Sequence record: PV662128.1
Length of the DNA: 64,000 nt
Reading direction: 5' to 3' (one strand)
This document shows positions 1 through 9,219 of the stretch, in pieces. The notes beneath the pieces are model-generated. The model saw only the letters and a program-made list of their open reading frames with translations, ran no database searches and was not told the origin of the DNA. Positions within the stretch are counted from its first letter, which is position 1, and each line of letters opens with the position of its first letter. Made by a program: the position numbers and the translations under genes.

Positions 1-98
1 ATCTTTTTGAAAAAGAAGGCGTTGAATTAAAAGAATTTACCTTTAAACATAACGGTAAAGATCTCAGTGTCATTTTAAGTAAGGGATCGCGCGTAACG

Positions 99-1025
99 TT
101 GAATCTTAATTCTAAAAATCGGATGTACTTCCTCGATGAAGAATACGATAACCGCGAAACGTTCGTCAGAGACTATCGATTGCAAGGACTCTTCCATCCG
201 TCTTTTGCTTGGGGTGAACGCAAAGATTTTGACAGTATGTTAGTGGTTCTTAATTCCGTCGTCGAATTGAAATACGTCAGAGGCGTCAATCTTGTTATCA
301 ACCAAGATATCTCTGAGGGGTCGCTGACTTCTTCTTACATCTATAACAATTGCCAGCGTGAATACATCAAGCTCAAAAACCCCACCGTCTACTATTCCGA
401 AATAGAAGAAGGAAATCTGGGCGATCATTCATACATCGGAAGAAGTGTGCTGCGCGATAGTTCTGTGATGGGTAAACATATCTCGATCACTAACTCAGCT
501 TTGGTGGAGACAAGGATTGACTCTGAAGCCGGATTGAATGCTTCTCAAATACGTCTGAACCGTTCTAATATCAACTGTTTGAAAGGAAAGGTTAACTTTG
601 ACGGAGGTTCTTTTAAAGAATACTCCGACCTGAATATTGGGACGGTAAATGACATTTTTATCAAACGCAAAGTTGACGTGCTGGAATACTCCATTGGTAA
701 TATCACCCTGGTGGGGGTTCGTAAAGGTACCGTTTACCCCCGTTCTATCGATGACGAGAATGGTGTTGAAATGATCATTTCGATGCCTTATCGCTACGTC
801 GATAATGCTTCAGAAATCATTGTTAGAGATAAAGATACTCGCAGCGAAATCTCAGCTAAGGTCGCTAAGCTCATTTTCAATAGAGACGTCGATAAGATCA
901 TTTATCAGGGTCCGTTCCAGAGTAACACCGTGGAGTCGACCATCGTAGAATCTTTCTCCGACGCCATTATGTCCCGTCTTCGTCTGCTGACGATGATTGA
1001 TGCGGCTTTACACGTAGGAATTTAA
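99..1025 (+). CDS. Hypothetical protein with probable beta-solenoid (xSxI-type repeats); start may be ATG 123
   Basis: 308-aa ORF; central stretch SEIEEGNLGDHSYIGRSVLRDSSVMGKHISITNSALVETRIDS has roughly 5-residue periodicity. Confidence 0.6.
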   Translation: MNLNSKNRMYFLDEEYDNRETFVRDYRLQGLFHPSFAWGERKDFDSMLVVLNSVVELKYVRGVNLVINQDISEGSLTSSYIYNNCQREYIKLKNPTVYYSEIEEGNLGDHSYIGRSVLRDSSVMGKHISITNSALVETRIDSEAGLNASQIRLNRSNINCLKGKVNFDGGSFKEYSDLNIGTVNDIFIKRKVDVLEYSIGNITLVGVRKGTVYPRSIDDENGVEMIISMPYRYVDNASEIIVRDKDTRSEISAKVAKLIFNRDVDKIIYQGPFQSNTVESTIVESFSDAIMSRLRLLTMIDAALHVGI

Positions 1026-1028
1026 ATC

Positions 1029-1634
1029 ATGTTAAAAATTCGTTTCGAAGAATTAAAAACGTTTAACAAACTCATTGTTAACGACTTTACCATTAAGGTC
1101 GATAAAGGCCACGAGAACCTCCCAGCCGAGCTTTACGAAGGTAAGATGCTCATCGCTACCATACCGACAACAAAATCGTCCTCAGGCGTTCCTATTAAGC
1201 CTATGGGGTTATTCCCGTTCGTTACTTTAATGGCCATGGGTGGGGCTATTATCAGTCAACAGAAAGAAGGGGTCTTTGATAAACTCCAGGGTTTATCCGA
1301 AGAGATCTTTTCTCAGGTAATTCATCGTCAAACGATGGGGGAACAGTTCTGCGACGATCCTAAGAATCACAAGTACCTTCGTGTGTGCTTGGATAATGGG
1401 GCGTGGTCAACTGAGAAGGAAATCCAACCCGGTATTTTTGTGAATAACGAGTTTTACGTGTCGTCCAACGTTAATTCGAAAAATCAACGTTTTATGAAGG
1501 TTATTTCTATAACCGACGTCGCCTCCCCTAATCGTAAAAATATCGTTAGGCAGGAACTCCGTCAGGTTTACGTCTTCACTGTACCGTTTGGGGAATTCGG
1601 ATTTAAACACGAATTGGTCCAGTCGATTAAGTAA
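1029..1634 (+). CDS. Hypothetical protein
   Basis: 201-aa ORF in tandem with neighbours; followed by hairpin AGGGGAGA-ttaagt-TCTCCCCT. Confidence 0.7.
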   Translation: MLKIRFEELKTFNKLIVNDFTIKVDKGHENLPAELYEGKMLIATIPTTKSSSGVPIKPMGLFPFVTLMAMGGAIISQQKEGVFDKLQGLSEEIFSQVIHRQTMGEQFCDDPKNHKYLRVCLDNGAWSTEKEIQPGIFVNNEFYVSSNVNSKNQRFMKVISITDVASPNRKNIVRQELRQVYVFTVPFGEFGFKHELVQSIK

Positions 1635-1686
1635 CGTTGAGAGGGGAGATTAAGTTCTCCCCTATTTAACCAACGAGGATAAGATC

Positions 1687-2208
1687 TTGGATCAAATTAT
1701 TATCTACACCGATGGCAGCTGTCTTGAGAATAGCGCTGCCGGAGGGCCAGGTGGGTGGGCGTACATTATCGTCGGTAAGGATGAAAAATATACAATAGAA
1801 CAAAACAAAGGTTATTTTAAAACCACAAATAACCGAATGGAAATGATGGCGTGTTTAGAAGCGCTATTGGAGTTCGATTACCCGAAAAGAATTATCGTTC
1901 ATACCGACAGTCAATATCTCATCGATGGGATGACTAAATGGATCTACGGTTGGAGAAAAAGGAATTGGGTGACGGGTTACGGGGAAGCAGTTAAAAATAA
2001 AGACCTTTGGCAGGCGTTGATTGACGCCAGTAGGTTTCACAAAGTCACCTACGTGAAAGTTAGAGCGCATAATGGTGATAAGTACAATGAGCGATGTGAC
2101 GTGCTTGCTAAAGAAGCGGCGAGAAACCCAGAGCTTGATGACGTAGGATTTGTTCCAGTACACAACCCACCCAAAATTAAATATCCTTATTACTTTAGGA
2201 AAAGATAA
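1687..2208 (+). CDS. rnhA: Ribonuclease HI
   Basis: IYTDGSC, GPGGW, TTNNRMEM, TDSQY, KNKDLW, VRAH..NERCDVLA motifs; D-E-D-D catalytic residues present. Confidence 0.97.
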   Translation: MDQIIIYTDGSCLENSAAGGPGGWAYIIVGKDEKYTIEQNKGYFKTTNNRMEMMACLEALLEFDYPKRIIVHTDSQYLIDGMTKWIYGWRKRNWVTGYGEAVKNKDLWQALIDASRFHKVTYVKVRAHNGDKYNERCDVLAKEAARNPELDDVGFVPVHNPPKIKYPYYFRKR

Positions 2209-2210
2209 TC

Positions 2211-3551
2211 ATGGTTTCAATTGATGATGTGCAGAAAAAACTCACTGCTTATTTTGATGACCGTTTAATCGGGCAACCGGAATTAGTAGAAGGCATCATT
2301 ACCAATATTAAGTTGCGAGAGATCTACCACAATAATTTAGCGTTTGCTAAAGAAGCCGGTATTTATATCCCTCCTTTGAACATGTTAGTTAGGGGGAAGT
2401 CAGGGAATGGGAAATCGCATTCTATTAACTTTATCTGTCGATCTTTGGGATTGCCTTTCGTCAGCGTAAACGCAACCGACTTTACTTCTTCTGGTTACGT
2501 CGGCGCTTCGTTGTCAGATATTCCTAAAATGCTGATTGAGGAATCCGAGCGCATTCTAAAAGAAAAGAACAGTCCTAAAGAATTAAAAATTGTAGATGCG
2601 GTGAGTGGTAATGAAGATGAGAATACAGCCGCAGATAATCACTACAAAGCGATCGAAAAAGAACTCATGGATCTAGGGGTTCATATGGACAAGATGGGTC
2701 CTAAGAAACCCACTTCCCCTCACATGATTCGTGTTTATGAAAAAGGTAGCTCAAACAAAATCAGACTCTGTTTTAAGAATAAAGTCCCTAAGAAGCTCTA
2801 TTCTGAGTTAACTGGAAATAAGGAATACTCCGCAAAGGACGTCACTAAAATTAACAGCTTGCTTAATAAACTTAGTCGGCCCTTTAAACCCTTTGTATTT
2901 AAATTCGACACTTCAAACTATTTAGGTAAGTTAGGTTTGTTAGGAGGAGAAACGAATCCAGAGGCTCAGAAATATGCTGAGACGAAAGGCATCGTCATGA
3001 TAGATGAGATTGATAAAATCTTAATGGGTAAAGACGGACAGTACAACATCGGCACCCATGGGATCATTCGAGAGATTTTAGCCTATTTATCCGGTTCAGA
3101 TATCATGATGAAGGATGGGGTGTTTAATACCTCGGACGTTATCTTTATCTGCGCTGGAGCTTTCGATATGGTTGACTTCAAAGACATCCCTACTGAGCTG
3201 CTAGGCCGTCTTCCTACCCGATTAGCCGTTAAGGATCCTACGGAAGATTCCCTGTATCGGATGCTAACCTCAGAAGTGGTTGATCTCTGGGGAATGGTGA
3301 AACTCATCCTTAAAAACAAAGGGTGTGAGAACTTTATTATTCCTAAAGAGATATCAAGTCATATTGCAAAAGGGGTGATCTCTGATGAGAAAGTGAAACC
3401 GATTGGCGTCAGACGATTAACCGCAGTCGTCAGTGAAATTGCTAAAATCTATTATCTCATGGAAGAGATAGATAAAGAGATAACTTTATCAGAGTTCGTA
3501 GCGGATAAAGCACTTAAAACGATTAGAGACGGTTTATTAGAATCGGTTTAA
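2211..3551 (+). CDS. hslU: HslU/ClpX-family AAA+ ATPase (HslU-type)
   Basis: Walker A GKSGNGKS, NATDFTSSGYVG, Walker B IVMIDEIDKI, FICAGAF, ELLGRLP, GVRRL. Confidence 0.85.
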   Translation: MVSIDDVQKKLTAYFDDRLIGQPELVEGIITNIKLREIYHNNLAFAKEAGIYIPPLNMLVRGKSGNGKSHSINFICRSLGLPFVSVNATDFTSSGYVGASLSDIPKMLIEESERILKEKNSPKELKIVDAVSGNEDENTAADNHYKAIEKELMDLGVHMDKMGPKKPTSPHMIRVYEKGSSNKIRLCFKNKVPKKLYSELTGNKEYSAKDVTKINSLLNKLSRPFKPFVFKFDTSNYLGKLGLLGGETNPEAQKYAETKGIVMIDEIDKILMGKDGQYNIGTHGIIREILAYLSGSDIMMKDGVFNTSDVIFICAGAFDMVDFKDIPTELLGRLPTRLAVKDPTEDSLYRMLTSEVVDLWGMVKLILKNKGCENFIIPKEISSHIAKGVISDEKVKPIGVRRLTAVVSEIAKIYYLMEEIDKEITLSEFVADKALKTIRDGLLESV

Positions 3552-3553
3552 AC

Positions 3554-3585
3554 TTATATCCTGGGCGGATCCGCCCAGGATATAA
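3554..3585. terminator. 32-bp perfect palindrome after the ATPase gene
   Basis: TTATATCCTGGGCGGA|TCCGCCCAGGATATAA, 3 nt after the stop codon. Confidence 0.75.
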
Positions 3586-3614
3586 TCTGTTAATTTAACC
3601 TTTGGAAACGAATC

Positions 3615-4109
3615 ATGCTTTTAGACGAATGGGTCGGTGTTTTTAACTCGTTATCCTCGGATTTGAAAGGAAGGGATGTGGAGGGTTACATTTACTTGTT
3701 TGGAGATATCATTAATGGTTTGTTGTGGGCGGGATTAGTGGGTTGGTCGATATCGTTAGTAAAGGGACGTAATAAAAACAAACGAAGAGAAGAGAATGAT
3801 TATAAGTTAGCAGAATTAATTGAGTCATTCCTTGTCTTTGAAGGTATTACCCCGGATAAGTATTCCATCCCCAAGTTCCTAATAAAGAATGAGAAAGAAC
3901 TCCTTATCGCACTAGACTACTTTTTAAGGAAGGATCCATTACTGCGTAAGAAGCTGAGATTCAAGCGATTAGATGTTAAATTATCGGAGGATAGGATCAA
4001 GATAAGATTTAAGTCTATCTTTAGAGCTGGCGCATACGCCGTGTCGACCGATTCCTCAAAGCTACTAATCTTCTTGGGTCTATTACTGGAGAAAAATAAA
4101 AATGGTTGA
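3615..4109 (+). CDS. Hypothetical protein with one predicted TM segment
   Basis: 164-aa ORF; hydrophobic IINGLLWAGLVGWSISLV. Confidence 0.65.
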   Translation: MLLDEWVGVFNSLSSDLKGRDVEGYIYLFGDIINGLLWAGLVGWSISLVKGRNKNKRREENDYKLAELIESFLVFEGITPDKYSIPKFLIKNEKELLIALDYFLRKDPLLRKKLRFKRLDVKLSEDRIKIRFKSIFRAGAYAVSTDSSKLLIFLGLLLEKNKNG

Positions 4110-4187
4110 ATTGTCGTTAGTCTCCATCGCATTTTAGGTGAGCTTCGCTAAACCCTATTTCTAAACCATATGCTCATTGGGTAAATT

Positions 4188-4427
4188 ATGAAACTCGAAG
4201 ACTATCAGCATCACGTTTCTATCGTCCAACACGAAGACGGAGAAGAACTCCGTTATTTCAAACAAAAGACTTACTGTGGGGCTAAACCCGAACCTTGGAT
4301 GTTCCAAGGCGCTGGGCACGCCATACTGGCGATCTCTAATCAAAGCTATACACAACCATGCCCAGAATGTGTTAAAGCCATACAGACGATTATAGGGGAT
4401 TATTTAAAGGAGGGTTCTAATGACTAA
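4188..4427 (+). CDS. Small putative Zn-binding phage protein
   Basis: YCG...GH...CPEC motif; overlaps next ORF. Confidence 0.65.
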   Translation: MKLEDYQHHVSIVQHEDGEELRYFKQKTYCGAKPEPWMFQGAGHAILAISNQSYTQPCPECVKAIQTIIGDYLKEGSND

Positions 4428-4854
4428 AGGTTATATTCCTGGATTTAATAAATTAGAAGATCTGGTCTTTAACGAGGAAGGTTATACTAAAGTTGTATTA
4501 GGAATATTCGATCCTCGTTATTTTGATCTTACAGATCTTACCCGTACGATGGACGACTTATGCTTGAATAAGAGTTGTGTAGGCGAGTTAAGTCATCCTC
4601 ACAAACCTCAAGACCAAGATCGTGGATCATTCGAATTACGCTCTCTTTCGATAGATTTTGCCAATGTTTGTGCGTCACTCAGACTCTTCACGATTAGTTA
4701 TGGTAAGGAGAGCCTTATTGTGACTAAGGGGACGGTTAAATTCTCTGAAAAGATATCGGATAATCTTCCGCTCAACATTGTCTTCCGACCCAGGGTTATA
4801 ACCTATCCTAATAGTCGATCTCAACTCATCTGCTTTGATCTCGTACCGGAGTAA
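4420..4854 (+). CDS. Prohead-protease-fold protein, probably inactive
   Basis: GELSHP resembles T4 gp21 GELNHP; later F-R-P-R and LICFDLV; no catalytic Ser motif. Confidence 0.5.
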   Translation: MTKGYIPGFNKLEDLVFNEEGYTKVVLGIFDPRYFDLTDLTRTMDDLCLNKSCVGELSHPHKPQDQDRGSFELRSLSIDFANVCASLRLFTISYGKESLIVTKGTVKFSEKISDNLPLNIVFRPRVITYPNSRSQLICFDLVPE

Positions 4855-4859
4855 AATTA

Positions 4860-5735
4860 ATGAATGGCGTAAAAACTGTTCTTTCAGCAAAACAAGTCAA
4901 GAAAGATCTCGAACATTTACACGACACGTATTTGGTCAAATTAGGTGCGGTATCCGACCAGCTATTTAGCATGCAATCTTTAAAAGCTTCGCTATCTCGA
5001 TTATTTGAAACGGGTGAACTAGGTGAGGTTATCGACGATCCAAACTATTTTAGCGATGGTGTTTGTTTAGAGAAAAAAGTAATCGAGTTTAAAAACCTCT
5101 CTGGGTTTACTGCGTCGGAATTCCTTTACGATCACGACAACGGGTATTACCACATTGAGAGTAAGGTAAGGTTTTTAAAACACTTCGACATCAAACCCAA
5201 CGATGAATTAGAGTTTATTCCCAGAGTAGTTTTTGATAATCTAGGGAGACCTCATATCGTTGCTTTCGATGTTAAAGTACGCCGATCCGATGCCCTTACG
5301 ATCAACCCTGTTATGTTTAATTCTGACGGATACGCTTTTGGTAGAACCCAGGTTATAGGGATGATCTTGGGTAACGTTAAGCTGGGATATTTTCAAAAGA
5401 GATTATGGAGCCGTGAAAAACTCCTGCAAAATCTTAATCGGTTACTTCTCCTATCGCCAGGTGAAATCGGTCGTCCCGTTACAGGACGATCTAAAGAAAG
5501 ATGGCGAACCGTAGATAAGGATAATGCATGGGGTGAGCTTTTGGTATTTGAAATCAAGGATTATAATGACGAGACTTACGTTGTTGAGGGGTTAATAGAA
5601 CTCAGTGAGAAAGTTCCTCTAACCTGGCTAGTAATGAATGGAAAAGATCTTGTCTTCGCTCCGCGGGTCTCGTTTATAGATGACTTGACACATCCAACCC
5701 ATCGTTTAATCTGTCTTGATCTTATCTTGGGCTAA
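4860..5735 (+). CDS. Two tandem degenerate copies of the domain in 4420-4854
   Basis: Repeats GELGE...FIPRVV...IVAFDV and GEIGRP...FAPRVS...LICLDL. Confidence 0.5.
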   Translation: MNGVKTVLSAKQVKKDLEHLHDTYLVKLGAVSDQLFSMQSLKASLSRLFETGELGEVIDDPNYFSDGVCLEKKVIEFKNLSGFTASEFLYDHDNGYYHIESKVRFLKHFDIKPNDELEFIPRVVFDNLGRPHIVAFDVKVRRSDALTINPVMFNSDGYAFGRTQVIGMILGNVKLGYFQKRLWSREKLLQNLNRLLLLSPGEIGRPVTGRSKERWRTVDKDNAWGELLVFEIKDYNDETYVVEGLIELSEKVPLTWLVMNGKDLVFAPRVSFIDDLTHPTHRLICLDLILG

Positions 5736-5738
5736 CTT

Positions 5739-5843
5739 ATGAACAAACATAAACTTTCCGATTTTGTTGATATCGCTGCGTTGTTCTTCTGCGTAACGAT
5801 AGTTCTGCTCGTTTTCTTCTACGCCGTTATTAAACATGGATAA
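5739..5843 (+). CDS. 34-aa single-TM peptide (not in ORF track)
   Basis: MNKHKLSDFVDIAALFFCVTIVLLVFFYAVIKHG; overlaps next start. Confidence 0.5.
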   Translation: MNKHKLSDFVDIAALFFCVTIVLLVFFYAVIKHG

Positions 5844-6186
5844 AACTACTATGTTTGACTTTATCAAACTCCTAGAGATTTTTCTGGGATTCTTTATTTG
5901 TATCTTACTTATCGTTCTGCTCGTCATAACGGTACGTAAGAATAAACGACCCCAACTCCCTCCTACTCACGAAACCCTTCGGTATATCATCTCCGGAGCC
6001 CTACAAACGGGGGTTTATAATACTCCCGATCTTTATGTCGAACTCGCCTTAAAACTCTCTAAGGACTACGGAGATCTCTTAAACGTTAAAATAGAGTACG
6101 ATCATTTATCTTCGTCCAACCATAAAACGTTTTATATAAGGGACTATACACTTAAACGAGTTTACCCGCTAACCTTTAACGCATAA
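5836..6186 (+). CDS. Membrane-anchored hypothetical protein
   Basis: N-terminal TM IFLGFFICILLIVLLVITV followed by basic RKNKR. Confidence 0.7.
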   Translation: MDKTTMFDFIKLLEIFLGFFICILLIVLLVITVRKNKRPQLPPTHETLRYIISGALQTGVYNTPDLYVELALKLSKDYGDLLNVKIEYDHLSSSNHKTFYIRDYTLKRVYPLTFNA

Positions 6187-6196
6187 AACGTTGATC

Positions 6197-6228
6197 TACT
6201 CCTACTCCCTATTACGGGAGTAGGAGTA
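6197..6228. repeat. ACTCCTAC hairpin family, copy 1
   Basis: TACTCCTACTCCC-tattac-GGGAGTAGGAGTA, 13-bp stem. Confidence 0.9.
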
Positions 6229-6563
6229 CTCTTATGGATTTATTTTTAATTAATTAATATTAAACCTAGGATATTATAGTATAATTAGTTCTAGCGCTAT
6301 ATATTAGGCCTTCGGCCTAAAGGGCTAGGGTAAGTCAATTCGTTCGTTTCAGCATCAATCAAGGTATTCGCTACGCTCATACTTTCTTATGCTTACACTC
6401 ACCCATGCAATCTGGAGAGAAACCCCGACTGAACAAAGTTATTTATTCCTTCTCAGGGGAATAAATAGTTCGTCGGATAAAGACATAAGATAACAATCGT
6501 TTCGTAAAGAAATACCAAAACGATAACTTATTAGACGAACGTAATAATCAAAAGGAGATAACG

Positions 6564-6680
6564 GTGAATATCGTCATGATATTAAAACTACTCGGAGGGT
6601 TACTCATCTTAGGGGTAGGGTTTGGATTACTGGTTTATCTCATTGTTAAACTCTCTGTTAAAATGGTGTATAAGAAATGA
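6564..6680 (+). CDS. 38-aa single-TM peptide (not in ORF track)
   Basis: AAGGAG SD, GTG start, MNIVMILKLLGGLLILGVGFGLLVYLIVKLSVKMVYKK; ATGA overlap with next gene. Confidence 0.6.
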   Translation: MNIVMILKLLGGLLILGVGFGLLVYLIVKLSVKMVYKK

Positions 6681-7144
6681 GCGAAGAAAAAGAGTCTTTA
6701 GGGTATATCTCTGTTAAGGTTATCCCTACTCAGGAAGGGATCCTTAAAGATAAAGTATTAGATGCAGGTTGTTTGCCTTTGGATGAAGGTGATTACCACG
6801 CTACCCTCATTTTTGATATTCATCAAGATGGTGTAATTCCCAACGTTCCCATGATCCCTGAAAAGATCTTCGAAGGTAAAGTTATCGGGATTAAAGAATT
6901 GGGCGAACGTAAAGGGGAGATTATCTCCGCCGTTGTGCTTGAACTGGATTCCCCTGAGCTCACTGAAGAACACGATCGTTTGAGACAATGCGGGTATGGC
7001 CACTCCTACCCCGATTACATTCCTCATATTTCGCTGGCTTACAAGGTCACAGAAGAGCAAATGGAAGATCTCAAACGACAGTGTGAATCGCTTATCGGTA
7101 AAACGTTCTACTTATCCGGAGAAAGTATCGACTGGATAGATTAA
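6677..7144 (+). CDS. acb1: 2H phosphodiesterase, Acb1/T4 gp57B-like (anti-CBASS candidate)
   Basis: HATL and HISL 2H motifs; VVLELDSPELTEEHDRLRQCGYGHSYPDYIPHISLAY aligns with T4 gp57B LVLDSEYL..RH....GATHDFDDYTPHITLSY. Confidence 0.8.
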   Translation: MSEEKESLGYISVKVIPTQEGILKDKVLDAGCLPLDEGDYHATLIFDIHQDGVIPNVPMIPEKIFEGKVIGIKELGERKGEIISAVVLELDSPELTEEHDRLRQCGYGHSYPDYIPHISLAYKVTEEQMEDLKRQCESLIGKTFYLSGESIDWID

Positions 7145-7157
7145 GAGGTAAAGGGGT

Positions 7158-7586
7158 ATGTCTGATAAACTTACTGTATCACTTTTTAAGCTTATAAAAA
7201 ACCATACTGGGTTAACGTTAAAGGAAGGTGAATTCTCTTTAACGGGAGAAAGGCCCTTTTGGTTCAGAATACCTCCTTTTTCCCTTAACCCCAGTTCGAG
7301 AGATAGATTGAGAGATCTCTTCCAAGATAACTTCGATGTGACCGTAGTTGATTACGTTGGTGATTACCAGATTATATTCAGCCAAATCGAACCAACGACT
7401 TCTCGTCGTATAAAACGCGTCAGGAACATCCTAGACGTGTTAGAACGAGAGTATGGTAGAAACTGTCTCAGACCAGAAACGGGTAGAATCTTGAGTGGGT
7501 ATCACTCTTCTCATAAAGACAGAATAGAACAGGAAGAACTTGCTTATAATAAAAAGATTTTAAATGAAGCGTTACGAAGACGTTAA
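7158..7586 (+). CDS. Hypothetical protein
   Basis: 142-aa ORF with GAGG/GGGG SD. Confidence 0.65.
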   Translation: MSDKLTVSLFKLIKNHTGLTLKEGEFSLTGERPFWFRIPPFSLNPSSRDRLRDLFQDNFDVTVVDYVGDYQIIFSQIEPTTSRRIKRVRNILDVLEREYGRNCLRPETGRILSGYHSSHKDRIEQEELAYNKKILNEALRRR

Positions 7587-7628
7587 TCTTATGCAATATT
7601 TTTTAATCTTAAAACGTGGGGTGGGTAA

Positions 7629-7952
7629 ATGACGTACGATGAAGTCGAGAAATATCTGGAAATGGGAGAGGCTATCTCTAAGGGTAGTTGGAAAGCTAAC
7701 GAAGCGGTTTATTTAGAGCCGACGACGTTACTTAATCCAGTTCACTATCCTGAGTGTTTAAAAGCCGCAGGTATTAACTCCCTTTTGAGAGTCGATCGAC
7801 ATTTAGTGCGTGTTACCGCGAGTAACACTGTCGAGCGTTTTATTCCAAACATTGTAGAAAGAAAAGAAAACGATTGGTACGTTAAGAGTTATACCTTCGA
7901 ACAAAATAAAGCATTACCAGAACACAATCAAACCCAAGAAGAAGCTGCATAA
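7629..7952 (+). CDS. Divergent DUF2829/Tad2-like protein
   Basis: MTYDEVEKYLEMGEAISKGSWKANEAVYL...FIPNIVERKENDW follows the Tad2 pattern MxFxxAL..LK.G...R..WN....F...W.P...D..A.DW. Confidence 0.5.
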   Translation: MTYDEVEKYLEMGEAISKGSWKANEAVYLEPTTLLNPVHYPECLKAAGINSLLRVDRHLVRVTASNTVERFIPNIVERKENDWYVKSYTFEQNKALPEHNQTQEEAA

Positions 7953-7982
7953 TAACACCCCCCCCCCCTACACTTAGATTTT

Positions 7983-8012
7983 AACCAGGAGAGGCGTGAG
8001 CCTCTCCTGGTT
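7983..8012 (+). terminator. Intrinsic terminator
   Basis: AACCAGGAGAGGC-gtga-GCCTCTCCTGGTT then T-rich tail; C11 tract at 7958-7968 just upstream. Confidence 0.85.
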
Positions 8013-8086
8013 TATTTTACTTGTATTCTTTTTTGGATCGATATTATTTAAGTGTAAACCTCAATAACTTTTTAGGAATCAACATC

Positions 8087-8302
8087 ATGAACGGTCTTTT
8101 TGGAACAGGTTGTTTGCTGTTAGGTGCTGCAGTGTATTTCTTCCTGAAGTACCTGGAACTGCGTAAAGATTTTAAAGAGAATAAGATTAAAGACAAGGGT
8201 CGGGCGTCTGGGTATAAAAATGCCTATTTCTCTTTAACCATTTGTGTTTTGGGTCTGGGCGTCTTTTTAATGGTTAATGGAACTTTGTTGGAGATCAGAT
8301 AA
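8087..8302 (+). CDS. Small two-TM membrane protein (start moved to ATG 8087)
   Basis: TTTAGG-N7-ATC-ATG start motif; two hydrophobic segments. Confidence 0.7.
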   Translation: MNGLFGTGCLLLGAAVYFFLKYLELRKDFKENKIKDKGRASGYKNAYFSLTICVLGLGVFLMVNGTLLEIR

Positions 8303-8769
8303 TGGATATCGTTATGTTGACCGAGGCAGAAACAGTTTTGGATGTCGTCGAAGCAGAGGAATACTATCTTCCTACGGGAATTATGCGGCATTGGACACAG
8401 ATGGCTATCCGAAGAGGGCCGGGGCATTGTAGGGCATTTTGGTTTGAAGGCGGGATCTTTGTTTTGACCAAAATACCCTTAACGGATAGCAATACCTGGA
8501 ACGCTTCGATTTGGATTTCTGAAGATTACAGGCGAAACGGACTGGCCAAACGAATAACAGTTTTGGCTTTGGATATGTTCAGACTAGCTAGGGCGACTCT
8601 ACGTTTCCATCCTTGGGATCAGCGTAGCGTTGCATTCTTTTCTAATTTGGTTAACGAGGGATTGTTGACCGGGAAGAATTTTGGGGATATTGGGTCCAGA
8701 CGTCTTTTATCTTCTGAACTCCTTAAAGACCCTGAGACTTTTACATCCCAGCGTGTTGAGCTGGTTTAA
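8302..8769 (+). CDS. GNAT-family acetyltransferase-like protein
   Basis: Motif A-like SIWISEDYRRNGLAK. Confidence 0.6.
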   Translation: MDIVMLTEAETVLDVVEAEEYYLPTGIMRHWTQMAIRRGPGHCRAFWFEGGIFVLTKIPLTDSNTWNASIWISEDYRRNGLAKRITVLALDMFRLARATLRFHPWDQRSVAFFSNLVNEGLLTGKNFGDIGSRRLLSSELLKDPETFTSQRVELV

Positions 8770-8794
8770 TCTTTCATAGTAAGAGGTAATAAAA

Positions 8795-9175
8795 ATGGAC
8801 CGTAACGAATTAGCGATTATTCTTATCGATCAGCTTAACAGATTCCTTTACCCTAAACTTGACAAAACCAACATGACCAAGTTTAGTTTATTGGGGACGT
8901 TAAATCCTGAAGTAGTAAATGCCGAATTCTACAATAAGGAAACCTGTGTGGGATCGTCGTACACGTCCCTGATGCTTAAAGAACACGGTATTGCCGATGA
9001 CGCTTTCATAAGGGTCAACAAGCAATTGTCGGACTACGGCGACATCTTAATATCACACTCCTATAAAGTACTAGGGGATGGTTTCAATGGTTTCTTTGTG
9101 ACCGTGACGTTTAATCTGGATTTAACAAAGCTTAACATGCTTCGGTTCGCTAATGAACTGGCTCGTTACGAGTAA
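8795..9175 (+). CDS. Hypothetical protein
   Basis: 126-aa ORF, GAGGT SD. Confidence 0.7.
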   Translation: MDRNELAIILIDQLNRFLYPKLDKTNMTKFSLLGTLNPEVVNAEFYNKETCVGSSYTSLMLKEHGIADDAFIRVNKQLSDYGDILISHSYKVLGDGFNGFFVTVTFNLDLTKLNMLRFANELARYE

Positions 9176-9219
9176 CCCAAAATAGTTCCAACTTGTCTTA
9201 TCTTTTAGGAAAATACATC

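Noticed and set aside
7958-7968. C11 tract as a phase-variation switch
   Set aside because: It is intergenic, between a stop codon and a terminator, so a length change has no evident effect
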